DNA from: Malacoraja senta
Lineage: Eukaryota
Assembly: GCA_038087875.1 (NCBI GenBank)
Contig: CM075987.1
Location: 20,152,001-20,216,000 of the forward strand
DNA length: 64,000 nt
Direction: 5' to 3'
Positions 49,629 through 61,797 of this stretch are shown piece by piece. Both the position numbers and the translations under genes were made by a program. Under the pieces are notes generated by a model. That model made no database searches. It was not told where the DNA came from and was given only the letters and a program-made list of their open reading frames with translations. The stretch's first letter is position 1. Each line of letters opens with the position of its first letter.

Positions 49629-51628
49629 TAGCAATGTTACAACATTTTGATATTTTAAAAATAAAGTCTGTAATTTATCCCATCAGATAAAGCATAAAAC
49701 AAAGTTTAATTTGACACATAATTCACTTTCATATCTTCAGTATTAAAAAAGTTATGGCCATTTTCATACTCGGAAATTAGCATCTTGTTCCCTATTGCTT
49801 TTCCATTGACTTAACACAAAAGCTGTGATCGAGGACAGTCAAAAGCCCATAACTTTCTTAAAAATTAAGAGAACTGAAAGAAATGTTCAGTTATTATAGA
49901 TTGAAGCATTCTTAGAGAGAGAGATTAGAGATTAGAGATTAGAGATTCCTTTATTTGTCATTCAGACCTTTCGGTCTGAACGAAATTTTGTTGCCTGCAG
50001 TCATACAAATAATAATAAATGACAAAACACACAATAAACACAAATTAACATCCACCACAGTGAGTTCACCAGGTACCTCCTCACTGTGATGGAGGCAAAA
50101 GTCTTAAAGTCTCTGTCTCTTCCCGCCTTCTTCTCCCTCTGCGCTGAGGCGATCCAGGCTTCTGATGCTGTGGCCCCGCCAGGCAACGGTAAGCCAGTCC
50201 AGCGGCCGAATCCGTGCTCCGCGACGGGCCGGCTCAAACTCCGCGGCCCGGGGTGGTCGAAGCTGCCGAAGCTGCCGCCCTCCAGTCCAGCGGACGCAGC
50301 TGTAGTTGCGGGAGCCCCAGAAAAACAGGTCACCAACCTGTGACCTGCGCGCTCCCGACGATGTCGTCCACTGGGCCCGCGGCCGAGCCTCCGGATTCAG
50401 GTCCACTGGGCCCGCGGCCGAGCCTCCGGAATCAGGTCGCCACCAGTGTCCTCGGTCGCCACCGCCGGAACGCCACCGCAGCTCCGAAGCCGGCCAGCCT
50501 CGCGCTCCCGAAGATGTCGTCCACTGGGCCAGCTGCGGCCGAGCCTCCGGATTCAGGTCGCCACCAGTGTCCTCGGTCGCCACCGCCGGAACGCCACCGC
50601 CACCGCCGGAACGCCACCGCAGCCCCGAAGTTGGCCAGCCTCGCGCTGGTAAGTCCTGGCTCTGCCTCCGGAGCCTCGAGGTCGGTCGGTCGCTCGCAGT
50701 TGGAGTTGGAGGCCGGCAGCTCGCAGTTGGAGTTGGAGGCCGGCAGCTCCGCCATTTTGGCCTCAGCGCAGACGGAGGCAGAGAAGGGGGACACGACAAG
50801 AAAAAGTCGCATTCCCCCGAAGGAAGAGACAAAAGTCATGTTTCACCCCCCCACCCCCCCACCCATTCTGAAACAAATATGAAACAATCTTACTTAGATG
50901 ACATGAAATTAAAGCATATAATTAGTTAGTTACCTAATTGTAGCTAATTACAAAATTCAATTACTAGATCTAAACATCTATCAATTTCTTAAGAATAGAT
51001 TAACATTTTTAAATAGCGTAAGTGTCCAAATAACATTTACATAAGAATTCACAATATAACATAATTTTTAAATCTCATTGTCATGGATTTATAGGCCAAA
51101 TGGAAGGAATTAAATGTTTAATACCTGTAAATTAATGGCCATTTAAATCATCTTGCGAGTGGGGTTTTCTGGAACGCGATCATTTGGAACGTTGATTTGC
51201 GGTGAATTTAACCCCATATAGGCATGAAAAATTCTGCCGTTAGTTCGGGGAAAAGAATCACCGTTTCGCATTAAAAAATTTGAATTAAAGGCCTCTTAAG
51301 AAGCACTTTTATACAAAAAAATTAACTGCTTTCGTTTACCTGTCCCGTGCGTGAAATCCGTCCCCGTTGTCGGCGTTGACGGCTTTCGAAGCTGATTTTA
51401 AAATAACTGCAGCGCTGACATTGTCGATCGAATAAATATAAAAAATACACAAAACGCCCGTCGGAACGATTTTTCAGGAAACGCTGGCACTCCAACGAAA
51501 TATAATACAGGACAAGGTACGAGAAACCCGCGTTTTAACCCCGCCCCCCCCCTCAAAAGCGCCAAAATCGCGCACACGGCCAGTGGCAGAATTGCAGCGC
51601 CGCTGAAGGTAAGTATTGTAACATACCT
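49629..51628. mobile_element. Non-autonomous DNA transposon (TAG-terminal, hAT-like)
   Basis: Imperfect TIRs TAGCAATGTTACAA / TTGTAACATACCT(A); direct repeat AGTTGAGG at 49621-49628 and 51629-51636. Confidence 0.75.
49913..50863 (-). mobile_element. GC-rich non-autonomous retroelement with (AATCTCT)n tail, copy 1
   Basis: Highly similar to 61798-62612; candidate TSD CATTCT (49907-49912, 50864-50869); internal tandem repeats; 3' hairpin TTCAGACC-GAAA-GGTCTGAA. Confidence 0.8.
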
Positions 51629-52428
51629 AGTTGAGGGAGGAGGTATAAGGACAGGTGTTGCAGCTCCTGCAGTTGCGGGGAAAGTACCTGGGGAAACGGT
51701 GGTTTGGATGAGTGAACCAAGTAATTGCAGAGGACAGAAAGGGTTGGAGATGGAACGATGTGATTCGTGGTTGGATTGCATTGAAGGTGATGGAAATATC
51801 GGTTGATGTGTTGTATGCGGAGGCTGGTGGGGTGAGAGGTGACAGTCCAGGGGAACTCTGTCCTTGTCGCATCTGGGGGGAAGAGGAGCAAGAGCAGAAC
51901 TACGGGGCGCAGGAGACATGTGTGAGGGACCCATCTATAACAAAGGGGGAGACCACGTTCACTAAAGAATGAGGACATCTCAGATGTCTTTGTGTGGGAA
52001 AATCTCATCTTGGGAGCAGATGCAGTGGAGACGGAGGAATTGAGAGTAGGATATAGCATCTTTGCAAGAGGAACGGTGGTAACATGTGTAGTCCAGAGAT
52101 CCTTGAGTACTTTGCGTTGATTAAAAAAAATCATCATTCAGCATCAATATAAGCATAGTTATCACTTTGTAAATTGTATTCAGTTTGTGGCTTAATACCC
52201 AAAGATTCTTGTATCTACTTACGTCAAAGAACTTGGGAACAAAGGTGTAACTTTAGCTACAGGATTTTTTGTATGGCATTTTAGTGTACATCTTTTTTTC
52301 AAGTAACTAATGGAAGTTCTAGTCCTCTGTCCACTATTACCTGGAAATTTGAGGTCACCAAGGAAAAATCTTCAGTTACTTCATCAGACCTTTTAACCAT
52401 CATAAGATCAAAAGTGGAAATGTGCAAT

Positions 52429-53719
52429 CAGGGCCGGCCTTAAGCCGATTGGACCAATTGCTCCCAATTGGGCCCCGCGCCTAAGGGGGCCCCGCTCTAG
52501 GATCTTTGGAGTAATCTACTATCGGCTCAGGTAGATATACCCCGGGTGGAAGGGGGGGAGAGGGGTGAAGAGAGAGTAGAGGGGTGGAGGGGGAAGAAAG
52601 GGATAGACGGGGAGTGGGGTGTGAGGGGGAATGGAGAAGGGGGAGGTGGGTCGTTACCTCACGGTCCCGGGGCAGCGCTCCCGCCCCTCCAGTCGCCGTG
52701 CTTCACGCACACAGCCCCAGCTCCACCCCTCTCTCTCCCCGGGGAGACACGGTGAACAATACAGGGAGGGCCGGGCCGGGTGTTGGAACAACGTTTACAG
52801 ACCTCGGCATCAGCTCACACCCGTCCGCCCGGACCCCGGCATCCGCTCCTGCCGCCAGCCCTCTCCGTCCCTTCTCTCCTTCACGTCCCTCACTCCCTTC
52901 CCTTCTTTCCTCCCTCCCTTCTCTCCTTCCCTCCCTCCTTCCTCTCTCTCTTCTCCCTTCTCTCCTTCCCTCCCTCCCTTCTTTCTCACCTTCCTCACTC
53001 TCTTTTCCCTTCTCTCCTTCCCTCCCTCCCTCCCTCCCTTCTTTCTATCCTTCTCTCCCTCCCTTCTTTCTCTACTTCCCTCACTCCCTTCTCTCCTTCC
53101 ACCCTTCTCTCCCTCCCTCCCTTCTCACCTTCCCTCCCACACACACATAACGCACAGACAACTAGCACACACGCATCACGCACAGACAACTAACATACAC
53201 ACAACTAAGACACACATACACACACACACACACACACACCTCGCGCGCGCGCACACACACACACCACACACACTCACATATCTAAGTTAGGATGGGGTAG
53301 AAGCCCAAAGGGTAGAATGGGACTGAAGCCCGAAATTTAATACCTGGACTGGTTTTTCGCCAATAGTTATTGTTTTTCCAGGATCTAGTTAATTAATTTG
53401 TTTTTAACATTTCACAGTCACTAAAACAAGTGGTATTGTAACTATGTACTTTTCAGAGGTGATCTACACATTTTGTTTGTTACTTGTAGGCTTACATGTA
53501 TGCAATTTTATATTAAAATGTACCTTCGATCTGTTTGGTCCATTAACTCGCAGGCACTTTTTAAGCGCACATTTTGATTACTTTCCATTCTACCATAGAG
53601 ATATAAAGTCTATAATAAACTTTATTTGTATTTCTATGATTCTACAGACCTTGGCTGGGAACTTGGGGCTCACCAAAAATGTTCCCAATTGGGCCCCGCA
53701 CCTCCTAAGGCCGGCCCTG
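52429..53719. mobile_element. Non-autonomous hAT (Tip100-like) element with 8-bp TSD
   Basis: TIRs CAGGGCCGGCCTTA / TAAGGCCGGCCCTG; TSD TGTGCAAT at 52421-52428 and 53720-53727; subterminal CCCAATTGGGCCCCGC near both ends. Confidence 0.9.
52860..53280. repeat. Polypyrimidine (CCCT/CTT) tract followed by a (CA)n microsatellite
   Basis: Directly visible; it accounts for the S/L/P-rich spurious ORFs here. Confidence 0.92.
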
Positions 53720-55407
53720 TGTGCAATCATCAACAGACAATACCAAATTCAACTTTCAATTCCTTGAGAAATGATGTAGTCCAAGTCTGCATGCATCAAG
53801 AACCATACCACATCCAAGAATGGGCCAATGTTGGAAATAATATTCATGCCAAAGGGATGATCGGCAGTTACCATCTTCAAAAATAATCTAATCTCTTTTC
53901 TTTGACATTCAATGGCACCATCGTCATTGAATCCCCAACTAACAATATCCAGCAGGCCACCATTAAATATAAGAACATATGAAATTGAAGCAGGAATAAA
54001 CCATTTGTTCATTTGAGCATGCTCTGCCAGTCAATAATATCATGGTTGTTTGTTTAATTGCTAAGCTGCTTTCTTCCATAAACTTTATATCCTTCAAATC
54101 TCTTAATTTCTATCAATCTTGTTCTTGCATGTACTGTGCAATGAAACCTGGGCAGTCTTTTGGATGTAAGATTCCAAAGATTCACAATCTTTTAGGTGAA
54201 GACATTTCTCCTCTGCCCTGAATAGCCTACCCTTATTTTGTTGCTGTGATCCCCTGATTCTAGACACCTCCACCTGAAGAAGAATCATCCTTGCATTTAC
54301 CCAGTCAAATCTTGTAAGAATTGTGTTTGGTTCCATGAGATCACCTTTCCTTTTTCTAAACTTTCCTCACATGACAACCCTGACCAATGATCAGACTGAA
54401 CTATGGAGAAAGTCAACTGGTTCAGCCACAAAGGATAGAGTTCTAATGAATGCAAATACGATTAGCATAGATCGGCATAAAGGGCATCATGTATTGACTT
54501 AGTACGGTACATGAAGTGCCGACATGGAGATTAGTTCACCAGTACATCTATTTATGTTTTCTATTTTTGAGTTAGTCCAACAAAATCCATGTCTGTAGCA
54601 ATCTACTTAATCTTTTCACAGATTAATGGCACCAGAAATGTAATTGCAGAGTGAGCATACTCATCCTCTGGAGTTTGAACCCATTGTACTGTGACCGCTT
54701 TGATTATGCCATTGAAAAATTGATCCAAACACTTTACATGTACTTCAAAGATATCCAGGCTAATCTCCACTATAATTTTTTTAAATAGGTAAAGTGACCA
54801 TTTCAACTATAACATTTTACAACAATATCACCTCAGGTACTTAGTTTTATATTTTAATGCAGAATACATCTCATAACAGTTTATGAGAAGGAAAAATGTA
54901 ATTATTTGTGAAACACCACAGACGGTGACCTTTAATGTTTTGTGAAATGGGAAAGGAATGAAAGCAGATGATTATAATAACTGTTCCATGTGGTTTTCAA
55001 CAAGGTAATCTGGTCTAAATTATAGTAAAAATGCAACAAACAAGAATTGTGTCTTCACAGGTAGTCAGAGCAACGCTTCCACAATGATAATAACTACTTT
55101 TATGCTACCTGTCAAAATACTGTTAATTGCAGAGCGAGGTGACAATAGAATCTTTATTGCACACAGTACACATCAAATCAAACCCACAAGTCTCCAAATG
55201 TCAAGGGCAAGTTTAATATTTTGTATTCCAGTTTCTTTGTATCTATTCCTATCAATGCTGTTAATGCCAGTTTTCAGGGAAATATTAATAGCTCACATAT
55301 GTGCCTTGCTTTTCTTTCCACTATGGGTAATTGAACCCTTGATTATGCAATTGAACCCTTAATAAAAAATATACCATGGTGCTTAACAATATTCCAAGGT
55401 GCTCAGT

Positions 55408-55902
55408 ATCGTGGCTTGGTTCGGCAACTTGAGCGCCCTGGAGAGGAAAAGACTACAAAAAGTAGTAAACACTGCCCAGTCCATCATCGGTTCTGACCTT
55501 CCTTCCATCGAGGGGATTTATCGCAGTCACTGCCTCAAAAAGGCTGGCAGTATCATCAAAGACCCACACCATCCTGGCCACACACTCATCTCCCTGCTAC
55601 CTTCAGGTAGAAGGTACAGGAGCCTGAAGACTGCAACAACCAGGTTCAGGAATAGCTACTTCCCCACAGCCATCAGGCTATTAAACCTGGCTCGGACAAA
55701 ACTCTGATCATTAATAACCCATTATCTGTTATCTGCACTTTATCAGTCTATTTATTCATGTGTGTATATATTTATATAATGGTATATGGACACACTGATC
55801 TGTTTTGTAGTAAATGCCTACTATGTTCTGTTGTGCTGAAGCAAAGCAAGAATTCCATTGTCCTATCAGGGACACATGACAATAAACTCACTTGAACTTG
55901 AA
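55408..55902 (+). mobile_element. Rex1/Babar-type LINE 3' end, same subfamily as 44100-46775
   Basis: Close match to 46300-46770, including the tail. Confidence 0.92.
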
Positions 55903-56744
55903 CAAACAAAAAATATATACTTAAGTACAAAAGGAGATATTAGATGAATGATTAAAAAAAGCTTGTTTATCAAGGAACATTTAGTGATTTAAGATTCAAT
56001 GTTTTTTTGCTGTCTTGTAGAATTTGTGTGATTTTGTATATTTTATGTTTTTGTTTGAATGGGTCTATGTGCCTGTGATGCTGCTGTAAGCAAGATTTTC
56101 ATTGTACCTGTACCTCACCATACTTGTGAAAGTGACAATAAACTTGACTTGAACAACATCTGAATTCTTTGTATTTAGGTTGTGTGTGGTTGCAATGCTC
56201 TTCCAACTTCCAAGCATGTGTGGAACAATTGCACAGTTGCCCTCTCAATCAAACTGGTGAACAATATGCTGAAGATAACTACAATACTTTTAAACATATC
56301 CTTTGTATTTAACTGCACTCCATGCTACATTTTCCTGGAGAATTTACCTTGCAGAAGTTGCAGTGAAGTCTGTCATGAAATCTTTTTCATCTCTTTAAAT
56401 TGACTATTTTCTACCTCTATGCTGTGCTCTGCCCCATCTCCAGCTCATTTGCTGACACAGCATTGTCAACAGCCAATTTGTTTCAAACAGAAACAAAGAG
56501 TTGCAGATGCTGGTTTACAAAAAAAGACAAAGTGCTGGAGTAACTCAGCGGGTCGGGCAGCATCTCTGAAGAACATGGATAGGCGACATTTCAGGCCTAT
56601 GAAGACCCTTCTTCAGACTGATCAGTGTGTAATGTCACACTTCAACTCTCATAGTCTGCTTCAGTACGGTGTTGCTAGCTCTCAGTTGTCAACATGCAGC
56701 ACAGCAAGTGCGATCTATGCAGATAGCCATTGTGCAAAGTGAGG

Positions 56745-56995
56745 GAGAGCAAGTTTTTAAACAGAGAGTGGTGAATCTCTGGAATGCTCTGCCACAGAAT
56801 GTAGTTGAGGCCAGTTCATTGGCTATATTTAAGAGGGAGTTAGATGTGGCCCTTGTGGCTAAAGGGATCAGGGGGTATGGAGAGAAAGCAGGTACAGGAT
56901 ACTGAGTTGGATGATCAGCCATGATCATATTGAATGGCGGTGCAGGCTCGAAGGGCCGAATGGCCTACTCCTGCACCTATTTTCTATGTTTCTAA
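56745..56995 (+). mobile_element. CR1 3' tail
   Basis: QRVVNLWNALPQ motif and a tail ending ...ctcctgcacctattttctatg, as at 2380-2655. Confidence 0.85.
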
Positions 56996-58924
56996 TAGGT
57001 CAGATACATCAATGGCCACAGCTAGGCATCCCATGAATTCTATACAAGGTCATGAGTGCAATCTGTATACTCAGAATTTTAAGGAAGTTGACAATGCAAG
57101 CAAATGCCCATGATTGTTCAAACCAATGTGGCATTTTGGATGTGCACAATTGTGGATTCAATTTGGTAGAATTTTATGCCAGAAACACAACTCACACTAC
57201 AAATGAGGAAATGAATTTGACGATGAGCATCAGAACAGCAAGAAACCCATTTTAGGGGATTTGTCTGAATTAATGTTTATTCCAATGTGTATTATGTAGC
57301 AACCTTCTATTTAGTTCAGACTACTATGGTTTGTTTCATTGTTATGAATAGTGAAAGGCTGTAAAATTACCAATACTTTTATAAAACACGAGACATGCAA
57401 TTAGATACAAAATTCCATTGAGAAACAGTTGAACCCACAAATCCCCACCCACCCACACTCCTCCCCTGCCATAGATCAGGCACATCTGCACGCATTTAGA
57501 AACCACAACGTATCTAAAATCGAGAATAAAGGGAGTTAACATTAAAATTACATCAAGCTATTCCAGAAAGATTTCAGGATGCAATTTGTCATAATGTGGT
57601 GTTCATTTGGAATTCTGTCTTCCAAAATATGATTAAGGGAGGAAGGCCAATGGAACTTGTGAAAATTGAGAAGTAGCTTTCTGCCAGTCATGCTTTTACT
57701 TAACCAACGTGTGTGGATGGAGTCGAGATACACTCTACTGCACCAGCCAATCAGTCTCAAAGGGTGGACTCTAGATGCTGTTCAAATCCTTGAATTTGCT
57801 CACTGCCAATCTGTCCATGTGAAGAATGGCAGCTTTGGAGAAAATGAAAGGACACTGGCATTGATAGATTTTCAAACAAACAAGAAGTTCATGTCTATAG
57901 GAAAGTTATAGAAAACCACGGAGAGAAATATTTTTGCCAGACTTTGTGTCACTTGTGATTTAGTGGGTAGATTTTTTATTTTATCTCAAGTTGTTGAAGG
58001 TTGTTGATTCAGGCTCCATTCCTGAAGGAATGCAGAATGACATTCCTCCTATTAAGGGGTGATCACACATTCTACCAGTTAAGACCAATGGGCGGGTGTA
58101 AGATTGCACAGCTACAAGTGGAGACAGAGCAAGGAGTTCTCCTTCGAATCTTTCTAATGTTCTTTCCATAAGCAATCTCATTAGAGTAGAAAACCTAAGG
58201 TAGACAAAAATGTTGGAGAAACTCTGCGGGTGAGGCAGCATCTATGGAGAGAAGGAATAGGCGACGCTTCGGGTCGAGATCCTTCTTCAGAAAACCTTGT
58301 CATTGACCTCATTGCTGTTGTGGGATCTTATGTGTGCATGTTTGTGCTATATTACCTTTATTATCCCATGACTACATTTCAAAAATGATTTGTTTGTTAC
58401 AATGCAATTAAATATGACACCACTGTAGACATGTATATTTTTATAACATGGATATTTTTAATTGGGTGGGAGGAAGTAAAGTTGAGTTTTTAATCACGCT
58501 TGTAAATCCACACATTAATGGAGAGGTTTCTTAGTGAAACAGATGTCCCTTGAAATTTCCCCAATTTATTTCTATAACATTTAAGTCCGTGTTGTTGGCC
58601 ACAGCATCTACACAATCTACGTACAGAGAAAATATTCCATTGAAGCCTTTAGACCTGTTGCCTTATGCCCTTTGCCTCTAGAATGCAACAAATCACCAAA
58701 TCTTGCCACATTCTATTACTGTGAAACGTTGTCCTATTTGTTCACCAACATATTGGTCTTTGCCAATGTGCCTTGCTAATCATTCTCTTGTATGCAATGT
58801 GCAAACACCATTGTAAGTATTTTACATGCCATGGAAATTTCCCTTGTGTGTTTGTTGATCAGCAATCCTCAAGTGACATGGCTGTTATATTTTTCTTGCC
58901 TTTGTGAACACATTTGTACAGGGT

Positions 58925-59320
58925 GGTAGACACAAAATGCTGGAGTAACTCAGCGGGTGAGGCAGAAGAGAAAGAATGGGCAACGTTTCAGGTCGAGACC
59001 CTTCTTCAGACTGATGTCAGGGAGGGGGTGGACATAAATAGAATATAGTCGGAGACAGTAAGACTCGTGGGAGAACTGGGAAGGGGAAGGGGATGGAGTG
59101 ACAAAGCAAGGGCTATCTGAAGGTAGAGAAGTCAATGTTCATACCGCTGGGGTGTAAACTACCCAAGCGAAATATGAGGTGCTGTTCCTCCAATTTGCGC
59201 TGGGCCTCACTCTGACAATGGAGGAGGCCCAGGACAGAAGGGTCAGATTGGGAATGAGTAGGGGAGTTGAAGTGTTGAGCCACCGGGAGATCAGGTAGGT
59301 TAAGATCAGGTAGGTTAAGT
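58925..59320 (-). mobile_element. Penelope-like element 3' end: GIY-YIG C-terminus plus pLTR with hammerhead motif
   Basis: PVAQHFNSPTHS...RKLEEQHLIFRLGSLHPSGMNI (PLE GIY-YIG tail); CTGAAGAAGGGTCTCGACCTGAAACGTT at 59009-58982 lies downstream on the same strand. Confidence 0.88.
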
Positions 59321-59409
59321 AGAGGGTCAGCTAGTTTATTAATCTTGTGCATAGACAAGTATATGATAGCTAGTTTATCAATCTTGTGCATAGACAAAAA
59401 CTGATAGAA

Positions 59410-60011
59410 AGTGCTTTCAGAAAGTATTCAAACCACTTCACTTTTTCCACATTTTGTTACATTACAGCCTTATTCTAAAATGGATTAAATTATTTTTTTT
59501 ATCATCAATCTACACAGAATACCCCATAATAAAAAAGCAAAAACAGGTGTTTAGAAATTTTTGCAAAGTAATTAAAAAGAAATAACTGAAATATCACATT
59601 TATATAAGTATTCAGACCCTTTACTCAGTACTTTATTGAGGCACCTTTGGCACACCTGTATTTGGGTCATTTCTCCCATTCTTCTCTGCAGATCCTCTCA
59701 AGCTCTGTCAGGTTGGATGGGGAGCGTCGATGCACAGCAATTTTCAGGTCCCTCCAGAGATGTTCGATCGGGTTCAAGTCCGGGCTCTGGCTGGGCCACT
59801 CAAGGACATTCACAGACTTGTCACGAAGCCACTCCTGTGTTGTCTTGGCTGTGTGCTTAGGGTCGTTGTCATGTTGGAAGGTGAACTTCCGCCCCAGTCT
59901 GAGGTCCAGAACGCTCTGGAGCAGGATTTCATCAAGGATCTCTCTGTACTTTTCTCCGTTCATCTTTCCCTCGATCCTGACTTGTCTCCCAGTTCCTGCC
60001 GCTGATAAAAC
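59410..60011 (-). mobile_element. Tc1-family DNA transposon, one end with transposase C-terminus
   Basis: FQHDNDPKH and [15 protein letters not shown] (Tc1 DD34E); TIR-like AGTGCTTTCAGAAAGTATTCA at 59410. Confidence 0.92.
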
Positions 60012-60044
60012 AATTCCTCCAGTTTGATGACCTCGAAAAGATCC

Positions 60045-60648
60045 ACACATTTATCTCCTCCCGCCTAGATTACTGCAACTCCCTTTACACTGGCATCAGT
60101 CAATCTTCCCTGTCCCGCCTGCAACTGGTTCAAAACGCCGCAGCGAGACTCCTGAGGGGCACCCAAAATAGGGACCACATCACCCCGATCCTGGCCTCTC
60201 TCCACTGGCTTCCTGTGCGGTTCCATATAAGTTTCAAGATCCTCCTCTATGCCTACAAAGCCCTCAATGGGCTTTCCCCCACCTACATTAAAAGTCTTCT
60301 CACCCACCACACTACCTCCAGGTCCCTCAGATCGGCCGACTTGGGGTTACTGAACATCCCGCCGTCTAGGCATAAGCTCAGGGGCGACCGCGCCTTTGCA
60401 GTTGCAGCTCCTAGACTGGAACAGCATCCCCCTTCCCATCAGAACTGCCCCCTCCATCGACTCCTTTAAGTCAAGACTAAAAACTTATCTATACCCCCAA
60501 GCCTTTCTTGACGTCCTCTGACCGAGGGTTATCTGTATATATGTATGTAGTTTGTTTGTTTATACTATTCTTATAACAAATGTAAAGCACTTTGGCCAAC
60601 GAGAGTTGTTTTTTAAATGTGCTATATAAATAAATGTGACTTGACTTG
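60045..60648 (+). mobile_element. L2 LINE 3' fragment
   Basis: Translates as [39 protein letters not shown]2-type tail TGTAAAGCACTTTG..GCTATATAAATAAA. Confidence 0.9.
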
Positions 60649-60813
60649 TTCGTGTAGCTATGAGCAGCAGGGTTAGGAAATTAAACTCACGACACCTGGC
60701 GCCTCTCCATTTGTCAATTTTGTGTGGGCGACACATCTTACAATTGAATTTGTAATGTCTAGAATACATCAAATTACGTGAATAACTGTCTCGCCTTAAG
60801 GTAAAGACATAGA

Positions 60814-61770
60814 CTAGTCATCATCATCATCGTTGAAAACATTAGCGAGTTTCCGACGGGCATGGTGATGGAAGCACCACACATCTCTGTCCTCCATGCA
60901 GTTGGCAAGCTCCTCTTTTGTCTCTACACATGCATCTTCCATCAACGTCTTCAGCATCATCTTGATTGGCTGTTCCGGGTCACGTCTTCCATGGGTAGGT
61001 TCCCACAGCACAACCTTGTTTGCTGGCATTTCTGGGTGGTGGTGGCAGTGACCAGCGAGCCTCATCCTTCTCGACCTGATCTTCACGGTCAGAGATAGAT
61101 TCTCCCCATAGAGCAGGGCGTTGGGGATGTGGTTCCTCCAAATGACATTTTGAACTTTTCTGAGCATTCGGGTGTAGGTACCATCGAGAGACTTGGACAG
61201 TGCCTGAGTGAGAGTCCATGCTTCACACCCGTACAATAATATGGTCTCTACAGTTGCATGGAAGAATCTCAGTTTGAGACCCTTAGATATCCGAGACGTC
61301 CAGATTTTCCCCATGTTATTGAGGGCTTTCCATGCAAACACTTTCCGGACTTTGATGTCATTCTCCGAACTCTGCATCCTCGCTACCAGATACTTGAAGT
61401 CCTCCACTTTCTTGAGAGATGCACCGCCACTGGTCTTGAGAGACTCATGGTTTCTTGGCATTGAGGTGGACGCCCACTTTCTCGCAATCCGTCTTCTTGG
61501 CATTGAGGTGGAGGCCCACTTTCTCGCACTCCGTCTCGACCCTGCCGAGCAGCACCTGTGCTTCCCTAATCTGGTCTGACAGCAGAACGATGTCATCAGC
61601 AAAGTTGAGGTCTGACACGTTGACTGGCCCGATACTTCTCGAACGCCTTGGGGTGATTGTAAAGCCAAGGTTCTCATGTTCCTTGAGCGACTGCCCCATA
61701 GCATGATCAAGGACAATGACGAAGAGAAAGGGTGCCAGCCTGTCTCCCTGTAAGACCCCCGCGAGGGTCC
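60814..61770 (-). mobile_element. RTE-clade LINE 3' fragment, frameshifted
   Basis: GVLQGDRLAPFLF, DLNFADD, LLYGCEAW and RLAGHC; (GAT)n tail; 42-bp tandem duplication at ~61452-61535. Confidence 0.88.
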
Positions 61771-61797
61771 CTTGCGAGACTAGTACCGCACATGAAC

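Larger units (their letters stand above)
48998..52110 (-). mobile_element. Decayed Penelope-like retroelement, split by nested insertions
   Basis: 49260-49460 resembles the GIY-YIG tail at 59113-59300; Penelope-like sequence resumes at 51629 after the insertion; degenerate hammerhead motif at ~49022-49049. Confidence 0.7.

Noticed and set aside
50001..50929. 200+ aa ORFs with repeated peptides; repeats superficially array-like
   Set aside because: Tandem repeats inside a GC-rich retroelement. There are no unique spacers, so it is not CRISPR-like, and frames are not kept in the copy at 61798-62612.
52584..53290. S/L/P- and H/T-rich ORFs
   Set aside because: Translations of polypyrimidine and (CA)n repeats.
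57666..57911. 81-aa ORF in apparently unique sequence
   Set aside because: No recognisable motif and no clear splice boundaries.
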